Source of the DNA: Bacillota bacterium
GTDB lineage: Bacteria; Bacillota; Clostridia; TANB77; CAG-508
NCBI GenBank assembly: GCA_052036095.1
Contig: JBPOHA010000032.1
Coordinates: 1 to 53,748 of the forward strand
Direction of reading: 5' to 3'
DNA length: 53,748 nucleotides
Shown here: positions 33,990 through 44,145 of the stretch, piece by piece
How positions within the stretch are numbered: position 1 is the first letter of the stretch
How the letters are laid out: every line of letters begins with the position of its first letter
The notes under the pieces: model-generated
Databases searched by the model: none
The model's input: only the letters and a program-made list of their open reading frames with translations
Told to the model about the DNA's origin: nothing
Made by a program: the position numbers and the translations under genes

Positions 33990-34760
33990 ATGATAGCATT
34001 AGTTACAGGGGCTTCTTCAGGAATTGGAAGAGATATGGCGAGAGAACTTGCAAAGAAAAAATATGATTTAATTTTAGTTGCAAGAAATGAAAAAGAATTA
34101 AATAGATTGAAATGTGAATTTGAAAAAGATTATAAAATTAAGGTTGATGTTATGCCAACTGACTTAAGTAATAGTTCAACTTGCAAAGATTTGCACGATA
34201 ATGTAAAAAAAAAATATGGAACGATAGATGTTCTTATAAATGATGCAGGATTTGGAACTTGTGGAGAGTTCATTAATACTGATTTAGACAAAGAAATAAA
34301 AATGATTGATACAAATGTTATTGCTCTTCACATACTTACAAAGCTATTTATGCAAGATATGGTTAAAGTTAATAAAGGACATATTTTAAATGTCGCTTCA
34401 ATTGCAGGATTTATGCCTGGTCCATTAATGGCAACATATTATTCTACAAAAGCTTATGTAGTAAGACTTACACAAGCTTTAAGGGAAGAACTATTTATGA
34501 TGCATTCTAAAGTGAAAATAATGGCACTTTGCCCAGGACCTGTAAAAACGAACTTTAATAAAGTTGCAGATGTAAAGTTTAATTGGCTTGAAGCTGATAG
34601 CAAATGGGTTGCAAAATATGGAATTACTATGATGTTTTGTAATAGAATTATTGCTTATCCAAGTATTATAATGTTATTTTTTAGAATTTTTGCAAAAATA
34701 TTACCAGATCAATTAATGGCATTTTTCTGCTACTTTGCACAAAAACGTAAAATACAATAG
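33990..34760 (+). CDS. SDR-family (short-chain dehydrogenase/reductase) oxidoreductase
   Basis: 256 aa. The cofactor motif is VTGASSGIG. The catalytic motif YSTKAY (YxxxK) follows a SIAG serine. The C-terminal tail is hydrophobic. Confidence 0.9.
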   Translation: MIALVTGASSGIGRDMARELAKKKYDLILVARNEKELNRLKCEFEKDYKIKVDVMPTDLSNSSTCKDLHDNVKKKYGTIDVLINDAGFGTCGEFINTDLDKEIKMIDTNVIALHILTKLFMQDMVKVNKGHILNVASIAGFMPGPLMATYYSTKAYVVRLTQALREELFMMHSKVKIMALCPGPVKTNFNKVADVKFNWLEADSKWVAKYGITMMFCNRIIAYPSIIMLFFRIFAKILPDQLMAFFCYFAQKRKIQ

Positions 34761-34788
34761 AAAAATTGAAAACTAATATATAAGATAT

Positions 34789-34872
34789 AAAAATAAAAGA
34801 AAAAATAAAAGAAAAAATAAAAGAAAAAATAAAAGAAAAAATAAAAGAAAAAATAAAAGAAAAAATAATAGA
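34789..34872. repeat. 12-bp tandem repeat (ATAAAAGAAAAA)x6-7
   Basis: Direct reading. Unit starts are at 34793, 34805, 34817, 34829, 34841 and 34853. Confidence 0.9.
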
Positions 34873-34938
34873 AGAAATAGCAGAGAAAACAAAATAAAAA
34901 AAAAAATAATAATAAATATATAAATTAATAATTTATTA

Positions 34939-35778
34939 TTATTTTAAATTTAGCATTTGATAAGCATTACATAATTCACAACCAGTGCACATTAAGATTC
35001 TATCAGAGAAAATCATTTTTATGGTTTTTATGAAAGAGTCTTCTTTTGTTGTTAGATGAAGACATATTTTTGCAGGTAATAAACTAACTAGAGTATTCAA
35101 AACATAGTCATTATTTGAAAAACTAATATCTGATAAGTAAATAGAATTAAATTTATCAAGTTTAATAGTATTTCCAGTTTCGTCAAGTAAGAATGCTTTA
35201 GAATTTACATATACAAGGTTAATAATAATGTTATTTGGAATTTTTGAATCAACATAGTTTTTCAATAAATCAACAAATTCGAAAAATTCTTTATCAACAA
35301 CAAATTGATTTACAGAATCTTCAAGTAGTTTTGTGATATACGAAATATAGCGAGATAATCTAAAATATACAAATCCACTTAGAACTAATGATTTATTATT
35401 TTTTATATAATTAATTAACTCTTTTTTTATTAATCGTTGTTTTAAATTAAAATTATTTTTACGATTTCTTTTAGTTATCAATTTATATTCATCCATAATT
35501 ATTTTTTCATCTGGAATATCAAAGTAGAAATAGTTATAATCAAATAATCTTTTTAAAATTTGTGGTTCATAAAATTTTATTATTGCTTTTGAAATGATAA
35601 AAGCAATGAAATCATAAAATGAGGATAAATTTTTACCTTTATAATGGATAATTAAATTATCATATATCTTAAATTTCTTTATAGAAAAATATATTTCAGA
35701 AATGCTACTTTTTTTGATTTCACTTAATAAAAAATTTTGAATTTTTTTGTTGTTTTCTTTTATGCTTAAAGAAATCAT
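34939..35778 (-). CDS. Hypothetical protein, possibly YtxC-like sporulation protein
   Basis: 279 aa. The segment LSGFVYFRLSRYISYITKLLEDSVNQFVVDKEFFEFVDLLKNYV resembles what I remember of the YtxC family. This is not verified. Confidence 0.4.
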   Translation of the reverse strand: MISLSIKENNKKIQNFLLSEIKKSSISEIYFSIKKFKIYDNLIIHYKGKNLSSFYDFIAFIISKAIIKFYEPQILKRLFDYNYFYFDIPDEKIIMDEYKLITKRNRKNNFNLKQRLIKKELINYIKNNKSLVLSGFVYFRLSRYISYITKLLEDSVNQFVVDKEFFEFVDLLKNYVDSKIPNNIIINLVYVNSKAFLLDETGNTIKLDKFNSIYLSDISFSNNDYVLNTLVSLLPAKICLHLTTKEDSFIKTIKMIFSDRILMCTGCELCNAYQMLNLK

Positions 35779-36117
35779 TGTAGCTCCTTCCTAATTAATT
35801 TTATAAGACTTATTATGTTCAAATATAATATATATTATTCAATAAATGCAATATCTGCTATTGATTTTATAAAATAAATAAGCTATAATCTAAATGAAAA
35901 AATATGTACATAATGAGTACATTTAAATTCTTTTTTATGTAAATTAATATACTAAATATAAATAATTTAGCAATCAAAAATAAAATTAAAGATTATTTTT
36001 TAGTGATAAAAATAATTATTTTGAAACGAAAACTCTTGATATTATTACATTTGAAAATAAACTATTTATTTAAAATATGGAAAATTATTAATCAAGAATG
36101 GTGAAAGAGGGAGTTTA

Positions 36118-38571
36118 ATGAGAAGAAAAAAGAAAAATTCTGAAAAGAAATTAAATATTACAGTAACTGTACTTATAGTATTAAGTATACTTTTAGGTGT
36201 TTTAATTTATACAAAATCTGGATCTATTGGAAAAACTTTAAGCCCAGCTTTGGGAGGGGTATTAGGATTTGTAAAATATTTATTACCAGTAGGATTATTT
36301 ATTATGTCGTTATATGTAGCTTATGAGAAAGATACAAAATATTATTCTAAGAAATTAATTATGTTCATAGTAATATTAATTTTAATTGATGCTGTACTTT
36401 CAAGCTATCAATTCTCTGATGGAGGAAACTTAGATCCTTCAAAGGATATTCAATCTGCACTTTCTAAAGCATATGAATTGGGTAGCAAAGAAATTGGTGG
36501 AGGAGTAATTGGAACGGTAATAGCATATCCTCTAATAAAATTAATTGGAATAGTTGGCACGGTAATTGCTTCAGTTGGAGCATCATTAGTATTACTTGTA
36601 TTCATTTTTGGATTACATCCAGCAGATGCAATATCGGATTCATTAGATAAAATTGCAGAGAAAAAACAAGCTAGAGAAAAAGAAAATTTAAAGAAAAATG
36701 AAAGTGAAGAAAAAATTCATAAAGAAACTTTTAGAGAGAGAATATTAAGAGAGAAAACAGAAAGAGAAGTTGCTAAACAACAAGAATTAGCAAATAAAAA
36801 AGTTAATACTCCACTAGAAGAACAAATTACAATTAACTTAAAAAATTCTCAAGATGAAAAATTAATTGGAGTTCAAAAATATGATCATTCGAAAGATGGA
36901 TTAGATGTTCCAAATTTTGGTGGTGGTAGTAAAATCCAGCCTATTAAAGAACCAGTTTCTAAAATAGATTCACAAGATAATTTTAAACAGGAAGAAGTTC
37001 AAAAAGAAGCTAAAACTAAAGAGGTTCTACAATTAGAACATGCATTAACTGTTGAAGATAAAAAATATGAATTTCCACCAATTGAACTTTTAAGTGAGGG
37101 AAAAAACAATGATGATGGAAATAGTAGAAAAGCTTTACTTGCAACAGCAGAAAAGTTAAGAAAGACATTATACAGTTTTGGAGTTTCTGCAAAAGTAGAA
37201 AATGTTTCTGTAGGACCTGCTATAACAAGATATGAACTAGCACCAGCAGAAGGTGTAAGAGTTAGCAAAATTGCTAATCTTGCAGATGATATAGCTCTTA
37301 GCTTAGAGGCAGAAACTATAAGAATTGAAGCTCCAATTCCAGGTAAACATACAGTAGGAATTGAAGTACCAAATAAAAATAAATCAGTAGTAGCTTTAAG
37401 AGATGTTATAGAATCCTCTTCTTTTGAAGATAGCAAATCTAAATTAGCATTTGCATTAGGAAAAGATGTAGCAGGTGAAATAATTGTAAGTGATATTGGA
37501 AAAATGCCACATTTACTTATAGCTGGTGCGACTGGATCTGGAAAATCAGTATGCATAAATACTTTGGTAACAAGTATAATTTACAAGGCTAAACCAAGTG
37601 AAGTAAAGTTATTAATGGTAGATCCAAAAGTAGTTGAACTTTCTGTTTATAATGGAATTCCACATTTATTAATTCCAGTTGTAACTGATCCAAAAAAAGC
37701 AGCGGGAGCTTTACAATGGGCAGTACAGGAAATGGTAAATAGATATAGCTTATTTGCTAGCAAAAATGTAAGAGATATAAAAGGCTACAATGAAGTTGCT
37801 GAAAAAGAATGTAGTCCAAAATTACCACAAATAGTAATAATTATAGATGAGCTTGCAGATTTAATGATGGTTGCAGCAAAAGAAGTAGAAGATGCAATTT
37901 GTAGATTAGCACAAATGGCAAGAGCAGCTGGGATGCATTTAGTAATAGCTACACAAAGACCTTCAGTTGATGTAATTACAGGTATTATAAAAGCTAATAT
38001 TCCATCAAGAATAGCATTTGCAGTTTCTTCACAAGTTGATTCAAGAACAATATTAGATGGAGCAGGAGCAGAGAAATTATTAGGAAAAGGAGATATGCTT
38101 TTCTTCCCAACAGGAGCTCCAAAGCCTACCAGAATTCAAGGTGCATTTATATCAGATAAAGAAGTTGAAAATATAGTAAAATTTATCAAGAAAGATGGAG
38201 AAAGTCAATATGATGAAGATATTATAGAAAAAATTGAAAACTCTGATAAGCCAGATCCAAAGGCAACTGGAGAAGATGAAGATGATGATACAGATTCATT
38301 ATTAAATGAAGCAATAGATATGGTAGTAGAATCTGGACAAGCATCAACATCATATATACAAAGAAGATTTAAAGTTGGATATGCACGTGCAGGAAGAATA
38401 ATAGATCAAATGGAAGAAAGAGGTATTATTTCTGGATATCAAGGTAGCAAGCCGAGAGAAGTATTAATGTCAAAAGAAAGATGGCAAGAATTGAAAATGA
38501 CGCCAACATCAACTACAAATTCCGATAGCAATGAAAACCAGACAAGTGGAAATAACTCAAAAGAATTTTAA
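36118..38571 (+). CDS. ftsK: DNA translocase FtsK/SpoIIIE
   Basis: 817 aa with N-terminal TM helices and a charged linker. The motor domain has HLLIAGATGSGKS (Walker A), IIIDELADLMM (Walker B) and ATQRPSVDVITG. The C-terminal gamma winged-helix is ASTSYIQRRFKVGYARAGRIIDQMEERGI. Confidence 0.95.
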   Translation: MRRKKKNSEKKLNITVTVLIVLSILLGVLIYTKSGSIGKTLSPALGGVLGFVKYLLPVGLFIMSLYVAYEKDTKYYSKKLIMFIVILILIDAVLSSYQFSDGGNLDPSKDIQSALSKAYELGSKEIGGGVIGTVIAYPLIKLIGIVGTVIASVGASLVLLVFIFGLHPADAISDSLDKIAEKKQAREKENLKKNESEEKIHKETFRERILREKTEREVAKQQELANKKVNTPLEEQITINLKNSQDEKLIGVQKYDHSKDGLDVPNFGGGSKIQPIKEPVSKIDSQDNFKQEEVQKEAKTKEVLQLEHALTVEDKKYEFPPIELLSEGKNNDDGNSRKALLATAEKLRKTLYSFGVSAKVENVSVGPAITRYELAPAEGVRVSKIANLADDIALSLEAETIRIEAPIPGKHTVGIEVPNKNKSVVALRDVIESSSFEDSKSKLAFALGKDVAGEIIVSDIGKMPHLLIAGATGSGKSVCINTLVTSIIYKAKPSEVKLLMVDPKVVELSVYNGIPHLLIPVVTDPKKAAGALQWAVQEMVNRYSLFASKNVRDIKGYNEVAEKECSPKLPQIVIIIDELADLMMVAAKEVEDAICRLAQMARAAGMHLVIATQRPSVDVITGIIKANIPSRIAFAVSSQVDSRTILDGAGAEKLLGKGDMLFFPTGAPKPTRIQGAFISDKEVENIVKFIKKDGESQYDEDIIEKIENSDKPDPKATGEDEDDDTDSLLNEAIDMVVESGQASTSYIQRRFKVGYARAGRIIDQMEERGIISGYQGSKPREVLMSKERWQELKMTPTSTTNSDSNENQTSGNNSKEF

Positions 38572-38708
38572 AATAGCAATTAAATAATAAAATTTAATAA
38601 TAAATGAAAATTTAAAAGCAAAATATATAAAAATATATAGGAATTTTTATAGAAGCTTTTAATATGAATAAACTTTAATTGATTAACTTATGAAAAAGAA
38701 AAGACAAA

Positions 38709-40193
38709 ATGTTAAGGAGAATTAAATTGAAAAATAAAATATTAGGAGCTGTAGATTATAAAGATGAATTAGCTAATATAATTGAAATAAAAGGATTTGG
38801 AGAAGAAATCGAAAATCTTTTACTTAGTATGCTTTATAAAGCAGAAGATGGATTTGTAAATTATTCAATAGTGAAAAGAGAAGTACCAACTCAAGCTGAG
38901 TTGGCACAAGAAATAGTAGAAAATGTAAAAAAATATTGTAAAGAAATTATAATAGCAGAACCTAATTCTGACTTAGCAAAAGAACTAAAGGAAAAAAGAT
39001 GTAAAATTATTCCGGAAGAAAATGAATATGAAAAAGGACAAAAAGTTATATCTTTTCCAAATGAAAAAACATTATTATATGGAATAACAAAAGCTGGAAT
39101 TATTAATAAAATAAAAGGTGATATGACTTTAGAGGAAAAAGCTATTTTGACAGCTATTAATATTGGAAAATGTATATCTACTTCAGAAGTAATAAGAGAT
39201 TTTAATGGGTGGTCATGGTCGATAGTTGAAAAAGAGATAGAAAATACGCAATGCAACATAATATATAATTTTTTAGTTTTCCTTCTTGGATATAGTTTTG
39301 TTGAATCAATTACAGATATTAGAAGTTTAAAAAATAACATTCCAGAAAGTTTATATGAAGAAATTAAGAAGGTTTCAATAGAATTTTATCGTACTTATGA
39401 TGTTGAAGAAAATGAAAAATTATTAAATGAATTATCAATATATAAAGCAAAGTTACAAAAAATGCGAAATCAGGTTTTATATCAAGAAGAAATTACAAGA
39501 AAGAAAAAAGAAGACTTATCAGAGATAAAACATATAGATGAAATTCTAAATAATCCACAAGAACTAAAAAACGAGTATATTGAATTAAATAGCAAATTGA
39601 CAAATGAAAATAAAATATTTAGTGTAAGCAATTATGAAGAAATAGTTGAAGAAAAAAGAAAAAGTTTGATTAGTGAGTTAGCTGAATTTAATAGAATGCA
39701 GAATCCAACAGAGTTTACAAAGATAAAAGAGGAATTATTAGTAAAAATAAAATTAATTGAAGAAAAAACTGATATTTCAAAATTAGAAAAAGAGTTTTTG
39801 AAATGTTTTGAAACTAAAATTGATATGTCAAATGATAGAAAGACAATATTGAATTTAATATATGAAACTAGATATTTAAATTTCTTGCCGAATTGCAAAA
39901 TGAGGTTAAATGATATAGAAGAAAAATTAATTCCAAAGGCAATCGAATTAGGAGTTATAAATCCAATTTCAAATAATAATGAATTAGATTATAGAATTTT
40001 AAAAGGAATATTTGATTCTCAAGTAGTGTCATTAGAAGGTTTATATATACAACTTTCAACAGCAAAAGAAGGGATATGTGTTGAACTATATGATGGAGAA
40101 GTACATGATAGGACATATATAGCTACGACTCCTGAAGGAAGTGATATTGAAATTAGAAGAACTAAAAAAACAAAAATTTTTGCGAGAATTTAA
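38709..40193 (+). CDS. Hypothetical protein (no recognisable domain, coiled-coil-rich middle)
   Basis: 494-aa ORF with normal coding composition for this genome. No motif recognised by eye. Confidence 0.55.
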   Translation: MLRRIKLKNKILGAVDYKDELANIIEIKGFGEEIENLLLSMLYKAEDGFVNYSIVKREVPTQAELAQEIVENVKKYCKEIIIAEPNSDLAKELKEKRCKIIPEENEYEKGQKVISFPNEKTLLYGITKAGIINKIKGDMTLEEKAILTAINIGKCISTSEVIRDFNGWSWSIVEKEIENTQCNIIYNFLVFLLGYSFVESITDIRSLKNNIPESLYEEIKKVSIEFYRTYDVEENEKLLNELSIYKAKLQKMRNQVLYQEEITRKKKEDLSEIKHIDEILNNPQELKNEYIELNSKLTNENKIFSVSNYEEIVEEKRKSLISELAEFNRMQNPTEFTKIKEELLVKIKLIEEKTDISKLEKEFLKCFETKIDMSNDRKTILNLIYETRYLNFLPNCKMRLNDIEEKLIPKAIELGVINPISNNNELDYRILKGIFDSQVVSLEGLYIQLSTAKEGICVELYDGEVHDRTYIATTPEGSDIEIRRTKKTKIFARI

Positions 40194-40338
40194 TATTATG
40201 AAAATTTCAATTTTTGATTACAATATAAAGTAAAAAAGATGCAATAATTTGCAATACAAAATATTAGAACACAAGATTTAAAAGGTTTATGAGTATCCTT
40301 GAAAAAACTTAAATATATTTTACAAGGGAAAAATAAAA

Positions 40339-41997
40339 ATGAATATAACGTTTTTAGGAGCTACAAAAGCTGTAACAGGATCTAATTATTTAGTAGAAGG
40401 TGCTGGAAAAAGATTTTTAGTAGATTGTGGTCTACATCAAGGGAGCATGGAAGAAGAGCTAATGAATGATGTTCCATTTGATTATGATGTAACTACAATA
40501 GATTTTATGTTATTAACGCATGCTCATATTGATCACTCAGGAAGGATACCAAAACTATATAAAGATGGATATAGAAATCCAATATATGCAACAAAAGCGA
40601 CTTGTGATTTGTGTAATATAATGCTTCCAGATAGTGGACATATACAAGAAGTTGAAAATGACATAAAAAATAAAAAACGCAAAAGAGCAGGAAAAACTCA
40701 ATTATCAGAACCACTTTATACTGCAAAAGATGCACTAGATTGTATGGAAATATTTAATCCAGTAGAATACGATACAATTATAGATATTACTCCAGAAATA
40801 TCTGTAAGATTTAATGATGCTGGGCATATGCTAGGCTCAAGCATGATTGAAGTTTGGATAACTGAAAATGGAAAGCAAGAAAAAATAGTTTTTAGTGGAG
40901 ATATTGGAAATAATGATATTCCTTTATTAAGTAGTCCAACAATGATTGACAGCGCAGATTATTTAATAATGGAATCAACTTATGGAGATAGACTTCATGT
41001 AAGAAATGATGACAAAGCTTCAATGTTTCTTGATGTAGTATCAGAAACAATTGATAATGGTGGAACAGTTGTAATTCCATCATTTGCTGTAGGCAGAACT
41101 CAAGAAATATTATATGAAATAAATAAAATAAAAGATCAACACAAAGATGATGAAAAATTTCAAAGAGAATATGAAACACTTATGAAAGTTCCAGTATATG
41201 TTGATAGCCCTCTTGCAGTATCTGCAACAGAAGTATTTAAGAAAAATATGAATTTATTTTCAGATGAAATACGAGAATTTATGAAAAGAGGAGATAACCC
41301 TCTAGAATTTCCAGGATTAAAATTTACTCAAACAGTTGATGACTCTAAGGCACTAAATACTTCAAATGAACCTTGTATAATAATTTCAGCAAGTGGAATG
41401 TGTGATGTTGGAAGAATAAAACATCATTTGAAACATCATATATGGAATCCAGCAAGTACAATTTTATTTGTTGGATATCAAGCACCTGGAACATTAGGCA
41501 GAAGAATAGTAGATGGCGCAAAAGAAGTAAAAATTTTAGGGGAAGAATTTGCGGTTAAAGCGAGAGTTGAGTACATAGAAGGATTTTCAGGACATGCTGA
41601 CCAAGAAGGCTTATTAAGTTTTATATATTCATTTACTACCAAATTGCCAAATCATATATTTTTAGTTCATGGAGAGCCAAATGCACAAGAAACTTTAAAA
41701 GGGAAAATATTAGAAAATACATCTATAGGAGTAACAATACCAAATTATGGTGAACAATTTACTCTTGACGATTCACTTCAAATGAAAGAAAAATATGTAA
41801 ATCCAGCTATAAAACAATTAAATAGACTTGATTTACTAGATAAAATGCAATCATTGGAAAATGAAATTGAAGATATGAAACATATGATAAAAGATAATAT
41901 ACGTTTATCAAGTGGGTCAGATGATGATATGGCCAAGTTAAATAATAGAATAAGCGACTTAAGGAAACAGATAGTACAAATTATGAACAAGGAGTAA
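40339..41997 (+). CDS. MBL-fold / beta-CASP family ribonuclease (CPSF73-like)
   Basis: 552 aa. The MBL motif is THAHIDHSGRIP. Later His/Asp motifs are NDAGHMLGSS and ESTYGDR. The beta-CASP and C-terminal motif is GFSGHADQ. The tail looks coiled-coil. Confidence 0.85.
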   Translation: MNITFLGATKAVTGSNYLVEGAGKRFLVDCGLHQGSMEEELMNDVPFDYDVTTIDFMLLTHAHIDHSGRIPKLYKDGYRNPIYATKATCDLCNIMLPDSGHIQEVENDIKNKKRKRAGKTQLSEPLYTAKDALDCMEIFNPVEYDTIIDITPEISVRFNDAGHMLGSSMIEVWITENGKQEKIVFSGDIGNNDIPLLSSPTMIDSADYLIMESTYGDRLHVRNDDKASMFLDVVSETIDNGGTVVIPSFAVGRTQEILYEINKIKDQHKDDEKFQREYETLMKVPVYVDSPLAVSATEVFKKNMNLFSDEIREFMKRGDNPLEFPGLKFTQTVDDSKALNTSNEPCIIISASGMCDVGRIKHHLKHHIWNPASTILFVGYQAPGTLGRRIVDGAKEVKILGEEFAVKARVEYIEGFSGHADQEGLLSFIYSFTTKLPNHIFLVHGEPNAQETLKGKILENTSIGVTIPNYGEQFTLDDSLQMKEKYVNPAIKQLNRLDLLDKMQSLENEIEDMKHMIKDNIRLSSGSDDDMAKLNNRISDLRKQIVQIMNKE

Positions 41998-42080
41998 TAC
42001 ATATTCAGATAAAGAATTTAAACTTAAGAAAGGCAATAATATAAAATGAAAAATATATATTCACAAGGAGAAATAAACAA

Positions 42081-44042
42081 ATGATGAAGAAATATTACAA
42101 TGATGCATTTATAGGAAATAAAAATATAACAGCAAGTTATAGCAAATACGGAGAATTATTAAGATTATATTATCCATCACCTGATTACCGACAATATTCA
42201 GAGTATTTTCATGTTGGAATAAAATTAAATGATTCAAATATAATTTATTTGCATAATGATATAAACAATAAATACAAACAATATTATGAAGAAAATAGCA
42301 ATGTGCTTGTAACAGAAATAGATAATACATATTTTAACTTAAAAACAAAACAAGTTGATGCAGTAATGATTAATCAAGATGTACTTATAAAAAAATATAC
42401 TTTTACAAATGAAAACACTATTGATTTTAATATTAATTTATTAGTACATTCAAGGGTAATATCTTCATTTAACAATATGGCTGGTGGAATGATTACAAAT
42501 GATGCATTAATTCAATATAGTCACAATTTTACATGTGTAATTTTGGCTAAGAAAAAATTATTAAGCCATCAACTTAACAATTGCGAAAGAAATATATCAT
42601 CAGGCACAATATATGATAAAGATTATGTTGGAATGAGTCCAGATTCAGCAATAAGCTATGATTTAGAAACAATAAAGCCAGGAGAATCAGTAGAATTCAC
42701 ATTATTAATGTATATGAAATATGATGATGGTAATATGAACGAAGCTGAAGGTGAAATAACAAAATTAAGAAAACTAAACACTGATAAAGAAATAGAAAAA
42801 ATACAAAAATATTGGGAAGATTATCTTGAAGAACATGATACTTTAAAATTAAAGAAAGATGGTACAGAATATAAAAATAAACTGATTAATATTTATAAAA
42901 GAACGATATTATTTATGCCATTGTTAATAAATGAAAAAACAGGAGGAATAGCTGCAACACTTGAGGTAGATGAAGAAAGAGACCAATCAGGTAGATATTC
43001 ATACTGCTGGCCAAGAGATGCTGTAATGATATACTCAAATTTAGATCATTTAAATTTTGGTGATGTCACAAAGAAATTTTATGAAAAATTTTTAACAGAT
43101 ACACAATCAAAAAATGGAATGTGGGAACAAAGATTCTATACAGATGAAAGACTTGCACCATGCTGGGGATATCAGATAGATGAAACTGCAATATCAGTAT
43201 GGGGAGCATATAAACACTACAAAACAATGGAAAAACGTACAGGAAAGAAAGATAAAAAATTCTTAAAAGATAATTTAAGAATGTTAGAAAGAGCAACTAA
43301 TTTTATTGAAAAATATTTATGCTATGTATTGAATATAGATTCAAAGCCAGATGATGTTGTACGCAAACAATTAGAAAAAGACTACAAATATAAAGATAGA
43401 GATGAAATATATAAGCATCCAAGTTATGACCTTTGGGAAATGAATGAAGGAGTTAATATATATTCATTATCATCTATATATGGTGCTTTTGACGCAATGG
43501 TAAATATTTATAGTGAGATATCTGAAATGTTTGAGAATAATAGATTAAAACAGGATGATATTATTTTAGCAAAAGCGAGATATGAAAGTTACAAAAGAGA
43601 AATTAGAAAATATATATTAGAAAATCTTGTAGACAAGCAAAAAAAAGTATTAGTAAGGAATACAACAGATAGACTTACAGATATAAGTATTTTAGGAGCA
43701 GTTATTCCATTTGAAATATTTGATCCAGAAGAAAAAATAATAACTAATACAATTGAACAAATAAATATGACTTTAAGAACATATTCAGGAGGTTACCTAA
43801 GATTTCAAGGGGATACTTATATTGGTGGGAATAATCCTTGGATAATATCAACAGCTTGGATGGCAATGTATTATAAAAAAATTGGAAATAAAAAAGAAGT
43901 GGAAAATTGCATGAAGTTTATTGTAAATAGTGCAACTGATAATGGATTTCTTGCTGAGCAAACTAGTAGCGATTTTAAAGAAAGATGGGTTATTGGACTT
44001 GGCTGGTCTCATGCAATGTTTATAGGAATGCTTATTGATTAA
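42081..44042 (+). CDS. Glycoside hydrolase family 15 (glucoamylase-like) protein
   Basis: 653 aa. (alpha/alpha)6-barrel landmarks are YSYCWPRDA, DLWEMNEG, GGYLRFQGDTYIGGNPWIISTAWMA and GFLAEQ. Confidence 0.8.
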   Translation: MMKKYYNDAFIGNKNITASYSKYGELLRLYYPSPDYRQYSEYFHVGIKLNDSNIIYLHNDINNKYKQYYEENSNVLVTEIDNTYFNLKTKQVDAVMINQDVLIKKYTFTNENTIDFNINLLVHSRVISSFNNMAGGMITNDALIQYSHNFTCVILAKKKLLSHQLNNCERNISSGTIYDKDYVGMSPDSAISYDLETIKPGESVEFTLLMYMKYDDGNMNEAEGEITKLRKLNTDKEIEKIQKYWEDYLEEHDTLKLKKDGTEYKNKLINIYKRTILFMPLLINEKTGGIAATLEVDEERDQSGRYSYCWPRDAVMIYSNLDHLNFGDVTKKFYEKFLTDTQSKNGMWEQRFYTDERLAPCWGYQIDETAISVWGAYKHYKTMEKRTGKKDKKFLKDNLRMLERATNFIEKYLCYVLNIDSKPDDVVRKQLEKDYKYKDRDEIYKHPSYDLWEMNEGVNIYSLSSIYGAFDAMVNIYSEISEMFENNRLKQDDIILAKARYESYKREIRKYILENLVDKQKKVLVRNTTDRLTDISILGAVIPFEIFDPEEKIITNTIEQINMTLRTYSGGYLRFQGDTYIGGNNPWIISTAWMAMYYKKIGNKKEVENCMKFIVNSATDNGFLAEQTSSDFKERWVIGLGWSHAMFIGMLID

Positions 44043-44145
44043 TGATTGATATGTAGTTTAAGTACAATTAAGAATTTTTAATATAAAATATTATAGAAAT
44101 AGAAATATAAATATAAATGATATACCGATTGGAAAGGAATGTTAG

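Noticed and set aside
36999-37556. 185-aa antisense ORF within ftsK. Similar antisense ORFs are 22237-22776 (+, in U32), 51332-51724 and 51959-52198 (-, in the surface protein), 52839-53312 (-, in rpiA), 1729-2166 (-, in eno), 38891-39340 (-) and 44259-44603 (-)
   Set aside because: Each lies opposite a CDS with clear family motifs. They have hydrophobic or low-complexity translations typical of antisense frames in AT-rich DNA, and they lack RBSs.
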